From the IMG/VR virus record IMGVR_UViG_3300023296_001674: 64,000 bases of DNA. One strand, 5' to 3'. The translations under genes were made by a program, and so were the position numbers. A model generated the notes under the pieces. That model worked only from the letters and a program-made list of their open reading frames with translations. It ran no database searches and was not told the DNA's origin. Below, piece by piece: positions 37,288 to 46,792 of the stretch. This DNA comes from a virus. Position 1 is the stretch's first letter, and every line of letters begins with the position of its first letter.

Positions 37288-37374
37288 GGAAGATTAACCA
37301 GTCAGGGTACTGGGACCGTTTCGAAAGCGGATCGCACCTCACGGTGTAGATTTCGAGTATCTAATCTTCCGCCA
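37288..37374 (+). tRNA. tRNA-Ser(CGA)
   Basis: Paralog of 20354; TT CGA AA; GCCA. Confidence 0.8.
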
Positions 37375-37448
37375 ATATAAGTGCTTGACAATCATCCAAA
37401 TATCTATTATTATCAGCCATAGTGAAACTTTTTGAAGGAGTTAATATT

Positions 37449-38042
37449 ATGGCTGATTTTTTGATTTGGGGTTTAGTATTTTTTGTGTTGGTATTTTTGC
37501 TTTGGCGGGTATTTAAAGCACCTACTGAAAAAACGACTCCTGATATGGAAACGTTGCGTTCCAAGCGACCTGTTCCTACCACTACCCTTATTCGACCCAA
37601 ACGTGGCCCAATGCGCAGACAGCGAAACCGCAGCAATGGTGGTGGTTATTATCCGGCTGATTATGATGGACCGTATGATGAAAACGAACTATTGGTTGAT
37701 TATTTAGTTTGGAGTATAGTTGTTGCTGAAATGACTGACGATGAACGTGATCGTTATGGCGAAACATACGATGAAACATATGATGAGTCACCCATGGACG
37801 ACGTAGAACAAGAACAAGATGTATATGTCGATGAGTTAGAAAGCGATGAACCGGAACCAGTTTCGGTTGGACCATCCTCGGAAACTTCTTTTGTTCCAGC
37901 ACCGGAGCCTGAACCCGAACCGTATGTAGAACCAGAGTCTACTTCGTTTGAACCGGAGCCTGAGCCAGAACCTAGACCAGCACCTGCGCCGGAGCCAGAA
38001 CCAGAACCTGAACCGGAGCCAGAACCAGATAACGACGATTAA
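37449..38042 (+). CDS. membrane-anchored protein with Pro-Glu repeats
   Basis: N-terminal TM, (PE)n tail; AAGGAG RBS. Confidence 0.75.
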   Translation: MADFLIWGLVFFVLVFLLWRVFKAPTEKTTPDMETLRSKRPVPTTTLIRPKRGPMRRQRNRSNGGGYYPADYDGPYDENELLVDYLVWSIVVAEMTDDERDRYGETYDETYDESPMDDVEQEQDVYVDELESDEPEPVSVGPSSETSFVPAPEPEPEPYVEPESTSFEPEPEPEPRPAPAPEPEPEPEPEPEPDNDD

Positions 38043-38045
38043 TTT

Positions 38046-38333
38046 ATGGAAAAATTTAATTTAATCTTACCGGATGATTTATCCGAAATATTAGCAGACG
38101 TAGAACCAATTATTGTGCCAAATTGCACCAATAGGGACGACAATGGAAAACTTTATGCCCCTAAAAATTGGATTAAGTATGCCAATGTGTTGGTTAATGA
38201 AAATACGACTGATATAACCATTGAAGATTTGGCTAACATTATATCAATGGCGAAAGTTGGAAAAATAACAGGTTTGCCGCACTATTTAAAATACGCGGTG
38301 AACTTAAAGGACGTGTTGTGTAGTAACAACTAG
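38046..38333 (+). CDS. hypothetical protein
   Basis: ORF. Confidence 0.55.
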   Translation: MEKFNLILPDDLSEILADVEPIIVPNCTNRDDNGKLYAPKNWIKYANVLVNENTTDITIEDLANIISMAKVGKITGLPHYLKYAVNLKDVLCSNN

Positions 38334-38526
38334 TTGGTGTGATGCCACCAATGATGAGAAGCGAGGTTACAGTCGCAAAAAACCATTCAAATAATGATGC
38401 TCATAATTTATTTGTATACGATGAGTCGTAGATTGGACTGCGTTAGTTGTAGAGGGTGGAGAGTTTTACTCGGTGAAGCCGTTATGCGACATTCAATGTT
38501 TTTTAATATACGATAAGGTGTGCCAT

Positions 38527-39870
38527 ATGTATGAAATAACACTAGTTACTATTTTATTTCTTTTATTTGGTGTAGCAGTAGGAACATTTTCTGGATTGCT
38601 TCCGGGTATAGGAGCAACAGTATCGCTTCTTTCTTTATATCCATTCCTTATCCACGTCGAACCAATGAATATTATTATTTTTTATATCGCTCTACTGAGT
38701 ACCAGTCAATATATGGGTTCAGTTAGTTCCACGGTGTTGGCTATTCCTGGTGAACTGAGTAGCCTACCTGCCGTCACAGAAGGGCATAACTTATATTTGC
38801 AAGGGAAAGGTGCATACGCTATATCGGGAACTGCCATTGGCTCTTGGGTGGGTTCATTTTTCTCTGTTATATTCGTGTTGTTTATTAGTTCATATTTGGT
38901 GAATTTTGTATTTTTTTATAGCACAATTTTTCAAAGTGTGTTGTTGTTATCGGTTTGTGCATTGTTTATAGTTACTGGACATAATAGGTGGTACATTAAT
39001 GCATTGTTATGCGCTGTTGGGTATTTTCTTGGTGCTATAGGAACGCACTCGATAACACAACAATCGTTTTTGGTTTTTGGAATACCGGAACTTATTCAAG
39101 GATTGCCGTTATTTCCTATATTGATAACATTATATATAATACCAGAAATCGTAAAAGGTTTTAATAAACAACATTATAATAATGTCGATTTTTCATATCA
39201 AAGCCAACCAATGATGAGTCATATTAAAGTTGCTCTGAATAATTTTGGTTCTATTTTAAGAGGATCATTTATAGGTTTTTTTGCAGGATTGATACCATAT
39301 TTAACTACGATTGTCGCTTCTAATTTGAGTTATTCTATAGAAGTGTGGTTGGAGAAAAGAAAAAACACATATTCGGTTGGTAATTTACCGTCTTTGATTT
39401 CCTCTGAAACTGCCAATAATGCAGCAGCATTGAGTAGTTTATTGCCATTGTTGTTATTGGGCCTACCAATAACTTCGTCTGAAGCAATACTTTCTAATAT
39501 ATTGTCATATTCTGGACATTTTTTTATGTTAGAAAGTTTTACAGGATTGTTTATTTCTATCGCGATTTGTTTGGTGATTATAAACAGTTTGGCATTAATT
39601 TTATCGTGGCCCATTGTTAAATATTTTCGATTTTTTTATAAAATAGATATGAAAAGTTTATATACATTCATTATTGCGTTGTTGTTTTCATTGATGATAT
39701 ATAATGGGTTATATAACGAACGAGTAATTTATTATATATTGATAACAGTGACGATGGCACCATTGAGTTTTATATTACGTAAAACAAACACGATGCCATT
39801 GATTTTCGTTTTCATGATGCAAAATGAAATAGAATCAAATTTATTTAGACTGCCATATTTGCTGTTTTGA
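38527..39870 (+). CDS. tctA: tripartite tricarboxylate transporter TctA-like permease
   Basis: GLLPGIG, QY.GS...IPGE, ETANNAAA..PLL.LG.P; many TMs. Confidence 0.85.
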   Translation: MYEITLVTILFLLFGVAVGTFSGLLPGIGATVSLLSLYPFLIHVEPMNIIIFYIALLSTSQYMGSVSSTVLAIPGELSSLPAVTEGHNLYLQGKGAYAISGTAIGSWVGSFFSVIFVLFISSYLVNFVFFYSTIFQSVLLLSVCALFIVTGHNRWYINALLCAVGYFLGAIGTHSITQQSFLVFGIPELIQGLPLFPILITLYIIPEIVKGFNKQHYNNVDFSYQSQPMMSHIKVALNNFGSILRGSFIGFFAGLIPYLTTIVASNLSYSIEVWLEKRKNTYSVGNLPSLISSETANNAAALSSLLPLLLLGLPITSSEAILSNILSYSGHFFMLESFTGLFISIAICLVIINSLALILSWPIVKYFRFFYKIDMKSLYTFIIALLFSLMIYNGLYNERVIYYILITVTMAPLSFILRKTNTMPLIFVFMMQNEIESNLFRLPYLLF

Positions 39871-39935
39871 TATTGACCATTAGTTCAAATGTGTGGTATA
39901 AATAATGCACTTATTATAATTGAAGGAATATATTA

Positions 39936-40817
39936 ATGAAAAATATTATACTCACTATGGCAGTCGTATTGCTTTCTATGAACGTCGCACAAGCAAAGGA
40001 TTCATTGCAATTTATTGTTCCAGGAGATGGAACCGGATCATTTAAACCACGGATACAAGAATTAAAGCAACAATTATCAGAATCTTATGGTGCAGATGTA
40101 GATGTTAGATGGGTTGGCAATTGCGCAAAAGCAAAGCAAATCATACAATCAACCGTGCATCCTACTATAACTATTTGGGATGCTGGTTGGAATACCACAA
40201 CTGAATGCAAATTTGATGTTTCAACTTCTAACATTATCGCAGTTGAAACAAATTACATGCGTTTTTGTGCAAGTAATGTTGCAGTGAATACTAGTGGTGC
40301 ACTTATTGCCATTTCTGGTGGGTTTAAAGTTGGTCACAGCACGCCACACACAGCCTATTCCAAATGGTTTGATAAGTTCAACCATGCAGCAAAGACAAAC
40401 CTATCACCTGTTCCTTATGGATCAAGCGGAAGGGCACGTCGTGGCATGTTGGCTGGTGATGTAGATTATATTTTTGTTAGTCCGTCCAACGCTAACAAGG
40501 TAATGAAAAATGGCGGCAAATGCGATTACAGCACTGCGCCAAATGGTGAACCAAAATACAATCTTGCTGCATTGCGCACAGTTGTCGACTTTCCAGAAGC
40601 GACTATTAATCAAGCATATTTTTATAGTTCTAAAAATGTTTCAGAAGCAGATTTGTTTGCATTGCGTGATTTATTCAGTTTCATTGCTGATGATAAAACA
40701 AGCAATTATAATGTGTGGGCAGACACCAAAGATATTTCGTTGTCTGGAATAAGTAAACTCGATACTGATGAAATGTTAACATTGGTGGAAACCACTGTTG
40801 AACTTTGGTCAAATTGA
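39936..40817 (+). CDS. periplasmic substrate-binding protein (TctC-like)
   Basis: Signal peptide; VPYG.SG...MLAGDVD; adjacent to tctA. Confidence 0.65.
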   Translation: MKNIILTMAVVLLSMNVAQAKDSLQFIVPGDGTGSFKPRIQELKQQLSESYGADVDVRWVGNCAKAKQIIQSTVHPTITIWDAGWNTTTECKFDVSTSNIIAVETNYMRFCASNVAVNTSGALIAISGGFKVGHSTPHTAYSKWFDKFNHAAKTNLSPVPYGSSGRARRGMLAGDVDYIFVSPSNANKVMKNGGKCDYSTAPNGEPKYNLAALRTVVDFPEATINQAYFYSSKNVSEADLFALRDLFSFIADDKTSNYNVWADTKDISLSGISKLDTDEMLTLVETTVELWSN

Positions 40818-40820
40818 TTG

Positions 40821-41816
40821 ATGGAACCACAGACGCCGAATAAAGATATATATTGGTTATCAAATGGAAAAAAGTTTTATCATAAATTGGATGCGTGGGA
40901 TCATACTGATTGTTTAATTGAACCAACGTTTTATCATTTCGATAAAGAATATGATGCTTATGATTGGAACATAGAACCATCTGAATCATTCAATACATTA
41001 TGTAAATATCGTGCTGAACAGTTGCGCGATCAATATGATTATTTGAGATTTTGGTATAGCGGTGGGTCTGATTCACACACTGCATTATTGGCTTTTGTTG
41101 AAAACAATGTACATATTGATGAAATAGTGGTATGGAGAATGAGTCCGTCCGACAATTTCGAAGGTGGTGGCAATGCAGAATCTAACGAGATTGCATTACC
41201 ATATATAAAACAATTAGATTTATCAAAAACAAAAATAACGATACTTGATTTGGGTGAAGCGTATTATCAATGGTTTTACAATCATGAAAATTGGACTCGT
41301 TTAACCACCAATTATGAATTTAGACCAAATAATCTTAATACCATTTATGAATGGAATAATGATTTGTTTAGAGATGATACATTTTGTGATATAATTGGTG
41401 GTGAAAAACCTAAAATAAACATCGATGAAAATTCCACTATGTTTTGGGATAGTAACAGAGATTATCAATTGGGTTCATATTTTGTCGAAGATTTTTTCAT
41501 AACCCCCAATTTAATAGATTTGCACTGTAAGCAATCACATTTGGCATTGCAAGCATTGCAGCAATATGACGCAAAAAGTAAAAAATATTTTGGTTCATTT
41601 AGAACATTATACAAACAAAATGAATCGTTGGGTAAATCTTGGGATATCTATACACCTAAATGCGTGTTTGCGATAGAAGAAGCGACGGTTAAATTGTTAG
41701 ATAAATATTTTTCTGGTCTTGAAATCGAAGGTCGTTATAATAAACATCGTTTCAATAAAGAAGATATTAAACATAAAATTAGAGGTACTTCCACTAAGTT
41801 ATATAGAATGAAATAA
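40821..41816 (+). CDS. PP-loop-like (SGGSDS) protein
   Basis: YSGGSDS. Confidence 0.6.
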   Translation: MEPQTPNKDIYWLSNGKKFYHKLDAWDHTDCLIEPTFYHFDKEYDAYDWNIEPSESFNTLCKYRAEQLRDQYDYLRFWYSGGSDSHTALLAFVENNVHIDEIVVWRMSPSDNFEGGGNAESNEIALPYIKQLDLSKTKITILDLGEAYYQWFYNHENWTRLTTNYEFRPNNLNTIYEWNNDLFRDDTFCDIIGGEKPKINIDENSTMFWDSNRDYQLGSYFVEDFFITPNLIDLHCKQSHLALQALQQYDAKSKKYFGSFRTLYKQNESLGKSWDIYTPKCVFAIEEATVKLLDKYFSGLEIEGRYNKHRFNKEDIKHKIRGTSTKLYRMK

Positions 41817-41865
41817 TATAGTTAAAACGCTTGACACATCTATATATATGTAGTATAAATACAGT

Positions 41866-42186
41866 ATGGAAATAGAAAAGAAAGTGAAAATTATAGAGGA
41901 ATTTTATGGCAGTTGTGCGGAAATCCTCGGTACAGAGCATGAATTTAGAGATCATGTTCCAAGGCCAAGAATGAGTAGAACCGGTGAAATATATACACCA
42001 GATACATCACATACAAGATGGAATAGACCGCTTGGAAATGGAAGATTTCCGGGTTATGGTTCAATTAGATTATTTTGGCCTGATACGGTTATATTTTCAT
42101 TAACGAAACCAAAAACGGTTACAAAGACGATCAATGGTAGAGAAAAAGCATTGGAGTTTTTGCGTGAGGTGGTGAAAAATGGTTAA
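41866..42186 (+). CDS. hypothetical protein
   Basis: TTGACA..TATAAA promoter; ORF. Confidence 0.7.
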   Translation: MEIEKKVKIIEEFYGSCAEILGTEHEFRDHVPRPRMSRTGEIYTPDTSHTRWNRPLGNGRFPGYGSIRLFWPDTVIFSLTKPKTVTKTINGREKALEFLREVVKNG

Positions 42187-42223
42187 TACATGGTTTACAA
42201 GCGACATGCACTTAGGTCATTAA
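42179..42223 (+). pseudogene. orphan 5' remnant of metallophosphoesterase
   Basis: MVNTWFTSDMHLGH* with GAGG RBS, truncated by endonuclease cassette. Confidence 0.8.
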
Positions 42224-42272
42224 ATCGCCGATTTTGATAAATACTATATATAATGATTATATAGGATTGAAT

Positions 42273-43154
42273 ATGACAAAAATAGAGTTAATATGCCCAA
42301 ACTGCAAATCCGTTTTTAATAGATATAAATCTACGATTAGAAAAAATCAAAAATATGTTTATTGTAGTAAAAAATGCAAAGGTGAATATGAAAAATCTAA
42401 TAAATTGTTGCATGGGGAAAATAACCCCAACTATGGTAAAACATGGTCAACACAACAACGCAAGTTAGCATCCAATAAAATGGTGGGTAACAATAAAGGT
42501 AAATCATATGAGGATTTATACGGTAAATGTCGTTCCGATGACTTGAAAAATCAACGTAGTGTATCAATGAAAGAACATCGATCAAAGAACCCGATATCTG
42601 GAATTGATAATCCTTTTTTTGGTAAAACACATGATGAAAAAACAAAACGTATAATAGGTGAAAAATCGAAAGATAAATTCACTGATGATTATATGACAAA
42701 ATATAGAACAGTGATGGAGAATGCTGGTCATTGGATTCCGTTAAAGGATAAATCTGATTATGAAATATATTTTAAACAGGCGGAATGGTGTGAAAAAATG
42801 TTTGATCGCGCATCCGATGTTGAAATATTATTATTGCGTGAATATGGTGTTTTCAACAATAAAACAAACACGAAGGGTGTAGTAAGAGATCATATATATT
42901 CAAGAAAGAGTGGGTTTGAGAATGGGGTGTTTCCTATATTATTAAGACATCCAGCTAATTGTGGCATTATTACTCATTCTGATAATGTTAAAAAGAAAAC
43001 ATCGAGGTATATCGATAAAGATGGTCATACTATTGATGAGTTGTTTTTACGCATAGAAACCTATAAAAATAAATGGATTGAACATGATGATTGTTTAATG
43101 TTAATAGATGATTATATTAATGGAAAACGATGGAAACGAGAGGAGGAATTATAA
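42273..43154 (+). CDS. homing endonuclease (NUMOD3 and HNH-like)
   Basis: CPNC..YCS..C, NPFFGKTH, RDHIYSR..HPANC; late promoter 42236. Confidence 0.8.
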   Translation: MTKIELICPNCKSVFNRYKSTIRKNQKYVYCSKKCKGEYEKSNKLLHGENNPNYGKTWSTQQRKLASNKMVGNNKGKSYEDLYGKCRSDDLKNQRSVSMKEHRSKNPISGIDNPFFGKTHDEKTKRIIGEKSKDKFTDDYMTKYRTVMENAGHWIPLKDKSDYEIYFKQAEWCEKMFDRASDVEILLLREYGVFNNKTNTKGVVRDHIYSRKSGFENGVFPILLRHPANCGIITHSDNVKKKTSRYIDKDGHTIDELFLRIETYKNKWIEHDDCLMLIDDYINGKRWKREEEL

Positions 43155-43155
43155 A

Positions 43156-43715
43156 ATGAAACAGAATGTATACTTTACATCTGATCTTCATTTAGGTTAG
43201 CCTTCGGGCTAATTTATGAAGGACATACTAATATTATTAAATATTGCAATAGACCATATGTGGATGCCGACGAAATGGATGCCGCACTTATAAACAACTG
43301 GAACTCCGTGGTACAACCGGACGACATTGTTTATAACTTGGGCGATTTTACTTTTTCAAGAAATGCTGAAAAATACCTAGCACGATTGAATGGAGTGAAG
43401 CACTTAATCAAAGGCAATCACGACAAACAACCTAGCCCAAGTCAGGGATGGGCAAGCGTCAATGATTACCGTGAAGTGCGTGTAGAAGGACAATTCATTG
43501 TTCTTATGCATTATTCTATGAAAGTTTGGAATAAATCACACGGCGGCGCTTGGCAATTGTTTGGTCATTCGCATAATACCCTCCCTGATGATCCAAATGC
43601 ATTATCTATCGATGTAGGCGTAGATGCTCATGGTTACTTTCCGATTTCTTTTAGAGATGTGAAAAGAATTATGGCAAAGAAAAACTACAAACCGGTTGAT
43701 CATCATGGAAGATAA
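43156..43715 (+). CDS. calcineurin-like metallophosphoesterase interrupted by a 26-nt coding gap (43198-43223)
   Basis: TSDLHLG | HTNII..RP, LGDF, GNHD, H, GHSH, DVGVD; AGGAGG RBS. Confidence 0.85.
43193..43223 (+). other. candidate translational bypass element (T4 gene 60-like)
   Basis: GGT-TAG-CCTTCGGGCTA hairpin ... GGA landing codon. Confidence 0.7.
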
Positions 43716-44048
43716 ATGTTAAATTTTTTAAAACGTATATTCGAAATAAAGAAAGAACCAATGGGATTGATTCATGAAGTTATTGTTGATAATGGCACAC
43801 TTATTATAAGAAAATCTATTATTCCAATAAGTAAAGTATTGGGGTTGAGTATACGCCATTCACGTCCAGGAGCGATTGATAATGTTTTGCGCGTTGATTT
43901 GACGATTGAGAAACCAGAATCGCAACGCACACCATATGGATTAGGAAGTTATCGGTTATATATTGGAAGTACGAATGCATCAGATAAAAAAGTAAACGAC
44001 ATGGAAAATGTATTTCGTGGTATAGGTATTAGGGTATCACACATTTAA
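43716..44048 (+). CDS. hypothetical protein
   Basis: ORF. Confidence 0.6.
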   Translation: MLNFLKRIFEIKKEPMGLIHEVIVDNGTLIIRKSIIPISKVLGLSIRHSRPGAIDNVLRVDLTIEKPESQRTPYGLGSYRLYIGSTNASDKKVNDMENVFRGIGIRVSHI

Positions 44049-44062
44049 AAGGAGTATATAAT

Positions 44063-44311
44063 ATGAAATTGTTTGATTATATAAAGAATTTTTTTAACTA
44101 TAAATATTTTGTCATTGAAAAACATGGTGGTTATATGGTGTATTTAAAAAAAGGATTTTTTATCATTAAACATCAACATTATTGGACCGAGTTATATGCA
44201 TGTGAAAATGGTAACAGGTGGATAAAAGAATATACATTAATAGATTTTTTAAAAAGGGAGAAATATAAAATGAAAACGTATAGGCACGCTCAGGAGGGCG
44301 GAACCTCCTAA
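44063..44311 (+). CDS. hypothetical protein
   Basis: AAGGAG RBS. Confidence 0.55.
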   Translation: MKLFDYIKNFFNYKYFVIEKHGGYMVYLKKGFFIIKHQHYWTELYACENGNRWIKEYTLIDFLKREKYKMKTYRHAQEGGTS

Positions 44312-44347
44312 CTGTAAATATTGAAACAGATAAGGAGAACTTTTGTT

Positions 44348-44533
44348 ATGAGTGTTCGTGATAAAAGGGACGGGCATCTTAGTAGACGCTTTAAGGCTAT
44401 CAAAAATATGCATGGCATTATGCTTGATAGACAGATTCGTGAAGAACGAAGAATGCTTAAGAAGGCAATGAGTAAAAGAAGTCGAAAACATGACCGTCGT
44501 GAACTAAAAGAATCTATGGATGACATAGAATAA
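44348..44533 (+). CDS. small basic protein
   Basis: AAGGAG RBS; R/K rich. Confidence 0.55.
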   Translation: MSVRDKRDGHLSRRFKAIKNMHGIMLDRQIREERRMLKKAMSKRSRKHDRRELKESMDDIE

Positions 44534-44536
44534 AAG

Positions 44537-44569
44537 AAAGGGATGAAGAGCAATCTTCATCCCTTTTTT
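44537..44569 (+). terminator. intrinsic terminator
   Basis: aaagggatgaaga-gcaa-tcttcatcccttt plus T run. Confidence 0.85.
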
Positions 44570-44628
44570 ATTGACTTGTTGTAGACTTTTGTTCATACTG
44601 ATAGAATGGATTAACAGAAAGGTGATAT

Positions 44629-45561
44629 ATGAAACAAAAAACATTTGATGATATTAGAACTCTTACTAAAAGCGATTTTAAATCGTTAACACAAAAAGCA
44701 TTAAAATCTTGTGAAGAAGTAGGCGAGTTAGCAAAAGTTGTTTTGCCGTTTGAAAATGCGTATGCTACAACGCATCGATTTGTCGACAAAGATAAAATAC
44801 TTGAAGAAGTTTGTGATGTTGTACTCACGACTCTTTCTGTTGCATATGAACTTGAATTCAATGATGATGATATAGATGCTATGTTAAATCGAAAAATAAA
44901 AAAATGGGCAGAAATGCAACATCGTGAAACAAAGGCTGACTATCCAGTCCCATATGAAATACACATTACTGTTACAACTGATGACATTCCAAAATTTAAA
45001 AATATATGCGATGATATTGGCGTAAAGCCGATTGTGATAGATTTACAAAACCGTAGTGGCGTTTCGATAATGGATGATGTTATGACTTCATCGACGCATG
45101 TGGGCAATAATAATAGCGTATATATTGAGATGAAACGCATATCTGATGCAATGGTTGAATATGGTTTGACCGTACTTCGCGAGAAGATAGAAACTGTTCC
45201 ATGGCATCCTGCTGCCCCATCGAATGACCATGCGGATAAAACTATGCCAAAAGATTGTTATTTTGAAGCACATTTTGGTGTATTATGCACAAATGAAACA
45301 TTACCGAAGTTGGGCAAATTAGCCAAAAATACGGGTTCTCATTTATCAAGAAATGCATTTAAGAAACATGATGATGGTCGTGTTACGATGATGATCACTC
45401 ATCGCCGAAAGGATTGCACTTCTGAAACCTTCGCAAACGCTGTTGAAGCCATAAAACAAACGCTGGCTGAAGAATTTGAAGTTAAAAAAGTTATTGTAGA
45501 GTTTTCAGTATTTGATACAAAGGTGAATCATGATGCAACTTGGATAACGAATAATACATAG
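44629..45561 (+). CDS. MazG-like nucleotide pyrophosphohydrolase fused to unknown domain
   Basis: K..EEVGEL...EEVCDV; C-terminal EIHIT/YFEAH repeats. Confidence 0.75.
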   Translation: MKQKTFDDIRTLTKSDFKSLTQKALKSCEEVGELAKVVLPFENAYATTHRFVDKDKILEEVCDVVLTTLSVAYELEFNDDDIDAMLNRKIKKWAEMQHRETKADYPVPYEIHITVTTDDIPKFKNICDDIGVKPIVIDLQNRSGVSIMDDVMTSSTHVGNNNSVYIEMKRISDAMVEYGLTVLREKIETVPWHPAAPSNDHADKTMPKDCYFEAHFGVLCTNETLPKLGKLAKNTGSHLSRNAFKKHDDGRVTMMITHRRKDCTSETFANAVEAIKQTLAEEFEVKKVIVEFSVFDTKVNHDATWITNNT

Positions 45562-45571
45562 GAGAGTAAAA

Positions 45572-46219
45572 ATGACTGACGTAAAAACAGAAGAATTGCT
45601 GTTCTCAGAAACATTGTTTAACTATAAAAAACGTCGTTCTGCGATGCGTTATTATTTACAGGGTCGTGGATATTTTATCGCATTAAAAGCGATGAACTTT
45701 GCTGATGCTCATCATAAAGGAACTAGAAAAGATTTAATCACACCGGCTTTTGACCATCAAATACGCATTGCGCATTTTGTTCGAACGCTACCAGATTTAT
45801 TATATCAAGAGGAAACGATTGCTACAGTGTTGTTACATGATACGCCTGAAGATTATGACGTTGGTCATGATGAAATAGAACTCAAATTTGGTTCCATTGT
45901 TTCAGTTGCAACAGAACTTGTCACCAAAGTGCATCGCGGTGATAAAAAACACATGCCGACATACTTTGATCAAATAGCAACCGATCCGATTGCAAGTATT
46001 GTTAAGGGTGCTGATCGTGTTCATAACCTACAGTCGATGGTTGGTGTATTTGATGAGAAAAAACAACTTCAATATATGGATGAAGTGCGTCGATTTTTCT
46101 TACCGATGTTAAAGAAGGCAAGACGAAATTTTCCAGAGCAAGAAGCAGCATATGAAAATATAAAACATATGTTGGTGTCACAATTGGAATTGTTGGAAGT
46201 TATTAATGGGAGCAAATAA
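45572..46219 (+). CDS. HD-domain (p)ppGpp hydrolase (small alarmone hydrolase-like)
   Basis: H.G.RK, LLHDTPED, VTK, VK.ADRVHNL. Confidence 0.85.
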   Translation: MTDVKTEELLFSETLFNYKKRRSAMRYYLQGRGYFIALKAMNFADAHHKGTRKDLITPAFDHQIRIAHFVRTLPDLLYQEETIATVLLHDTPEDYDVGHDEIELKFGSIVSVATELVTKVHRGDKKHMPTYFDQIATDPIASIVKGADRVHNLQSMVGVFDEKKQLQYMDEVRRFFLPMLKKARRNFPEQEAAYENIKHMLVSQLELLEVINGSK

Positions 46220-46722
46220 TGATAAAAAAAACACATAGTCAAATAGAAAAAATGAATGAAGACATAGATCGAATCTACCGACTTGGAAAAATGTTGGATA
46301 AAAAAACGCGAGAATTAAAAGACCAAAAGAAAAGAAAAATTGAAGAAACTAAAAAATTGGTTGATTGGGCATTGGTTACTGATAATGAAAATGTAAAAGA
46401 CCTGCGTGAACAGTGGTTGATGGCTGCTACACTTATATATGATAAAAACGAAGCAAAACAAGAACTAGAATCAAAAGAATTCAACATATCCGACACGCTT
46501 GGTCCTACACAGGTCTTAAGTCAAGACGATATTGATGGTTTGTTGGGTTTTGACGATGAAGTGGTCGATGATGATGAGGAAGATGGTGATTTAGCCGCCG
46601 AATGGGAAATCATGATGGGTGGTGATATAGACGAGAATGATGATTATCTTAATCCTAATATATCAGACTCACTTGAGATGACCGTGGAATCTATTCGTCG
46701 AACGCTACAACGAAATCACTAA
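46219..46722 (+). CDS. hypothetical protein with FliM-N-like motif
   Basis: VLSQDDIDGLLGFD, LAAEW. Confidence 0.65.
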   Translation: MIKKTHSQIEKMNEDIDRIYRLGKMLDKKTRELKDQKKRKIEETKKLVDWALVTDNENVKDLREQWLMAATLIYDKNEAKQELESKEFNISDTLGPTQVLSQDDIDGLLGFDDEVVDDDEEDGDLAAEWEIMMGGDIDENDDYLNPNISDSLEMTVESIRRTLQRNH

Positions 46723-46792
46723 CGATGAGATAATGATTGACTGATATTAATAAACAAAGTATAATAAGGATTAAATTAAAGAGGAGTATGTT

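Noticed and set aside
37850-38035. TonB protein or DNA repeat element
   Set aside because: Codon-variable Pro-Glu coding repeat with no TonB C-terminal domain
4829-43200. Genome-wide stop-codon reassignment
   Set aside because: TAA, TAG and TGA all end well-defined genes; the gap at 43198 needs a frame change, not readthrough; no intact suppressor tRNA found
42218-43223. Group I intron containing the endonuclease and joining the 42179 remnant to 43224
   Set aside because: No P/Q/R/S core, no U|...G| junction pair restoring the frame, and a second complete 5' gene end with a strong RBS exists at 43156
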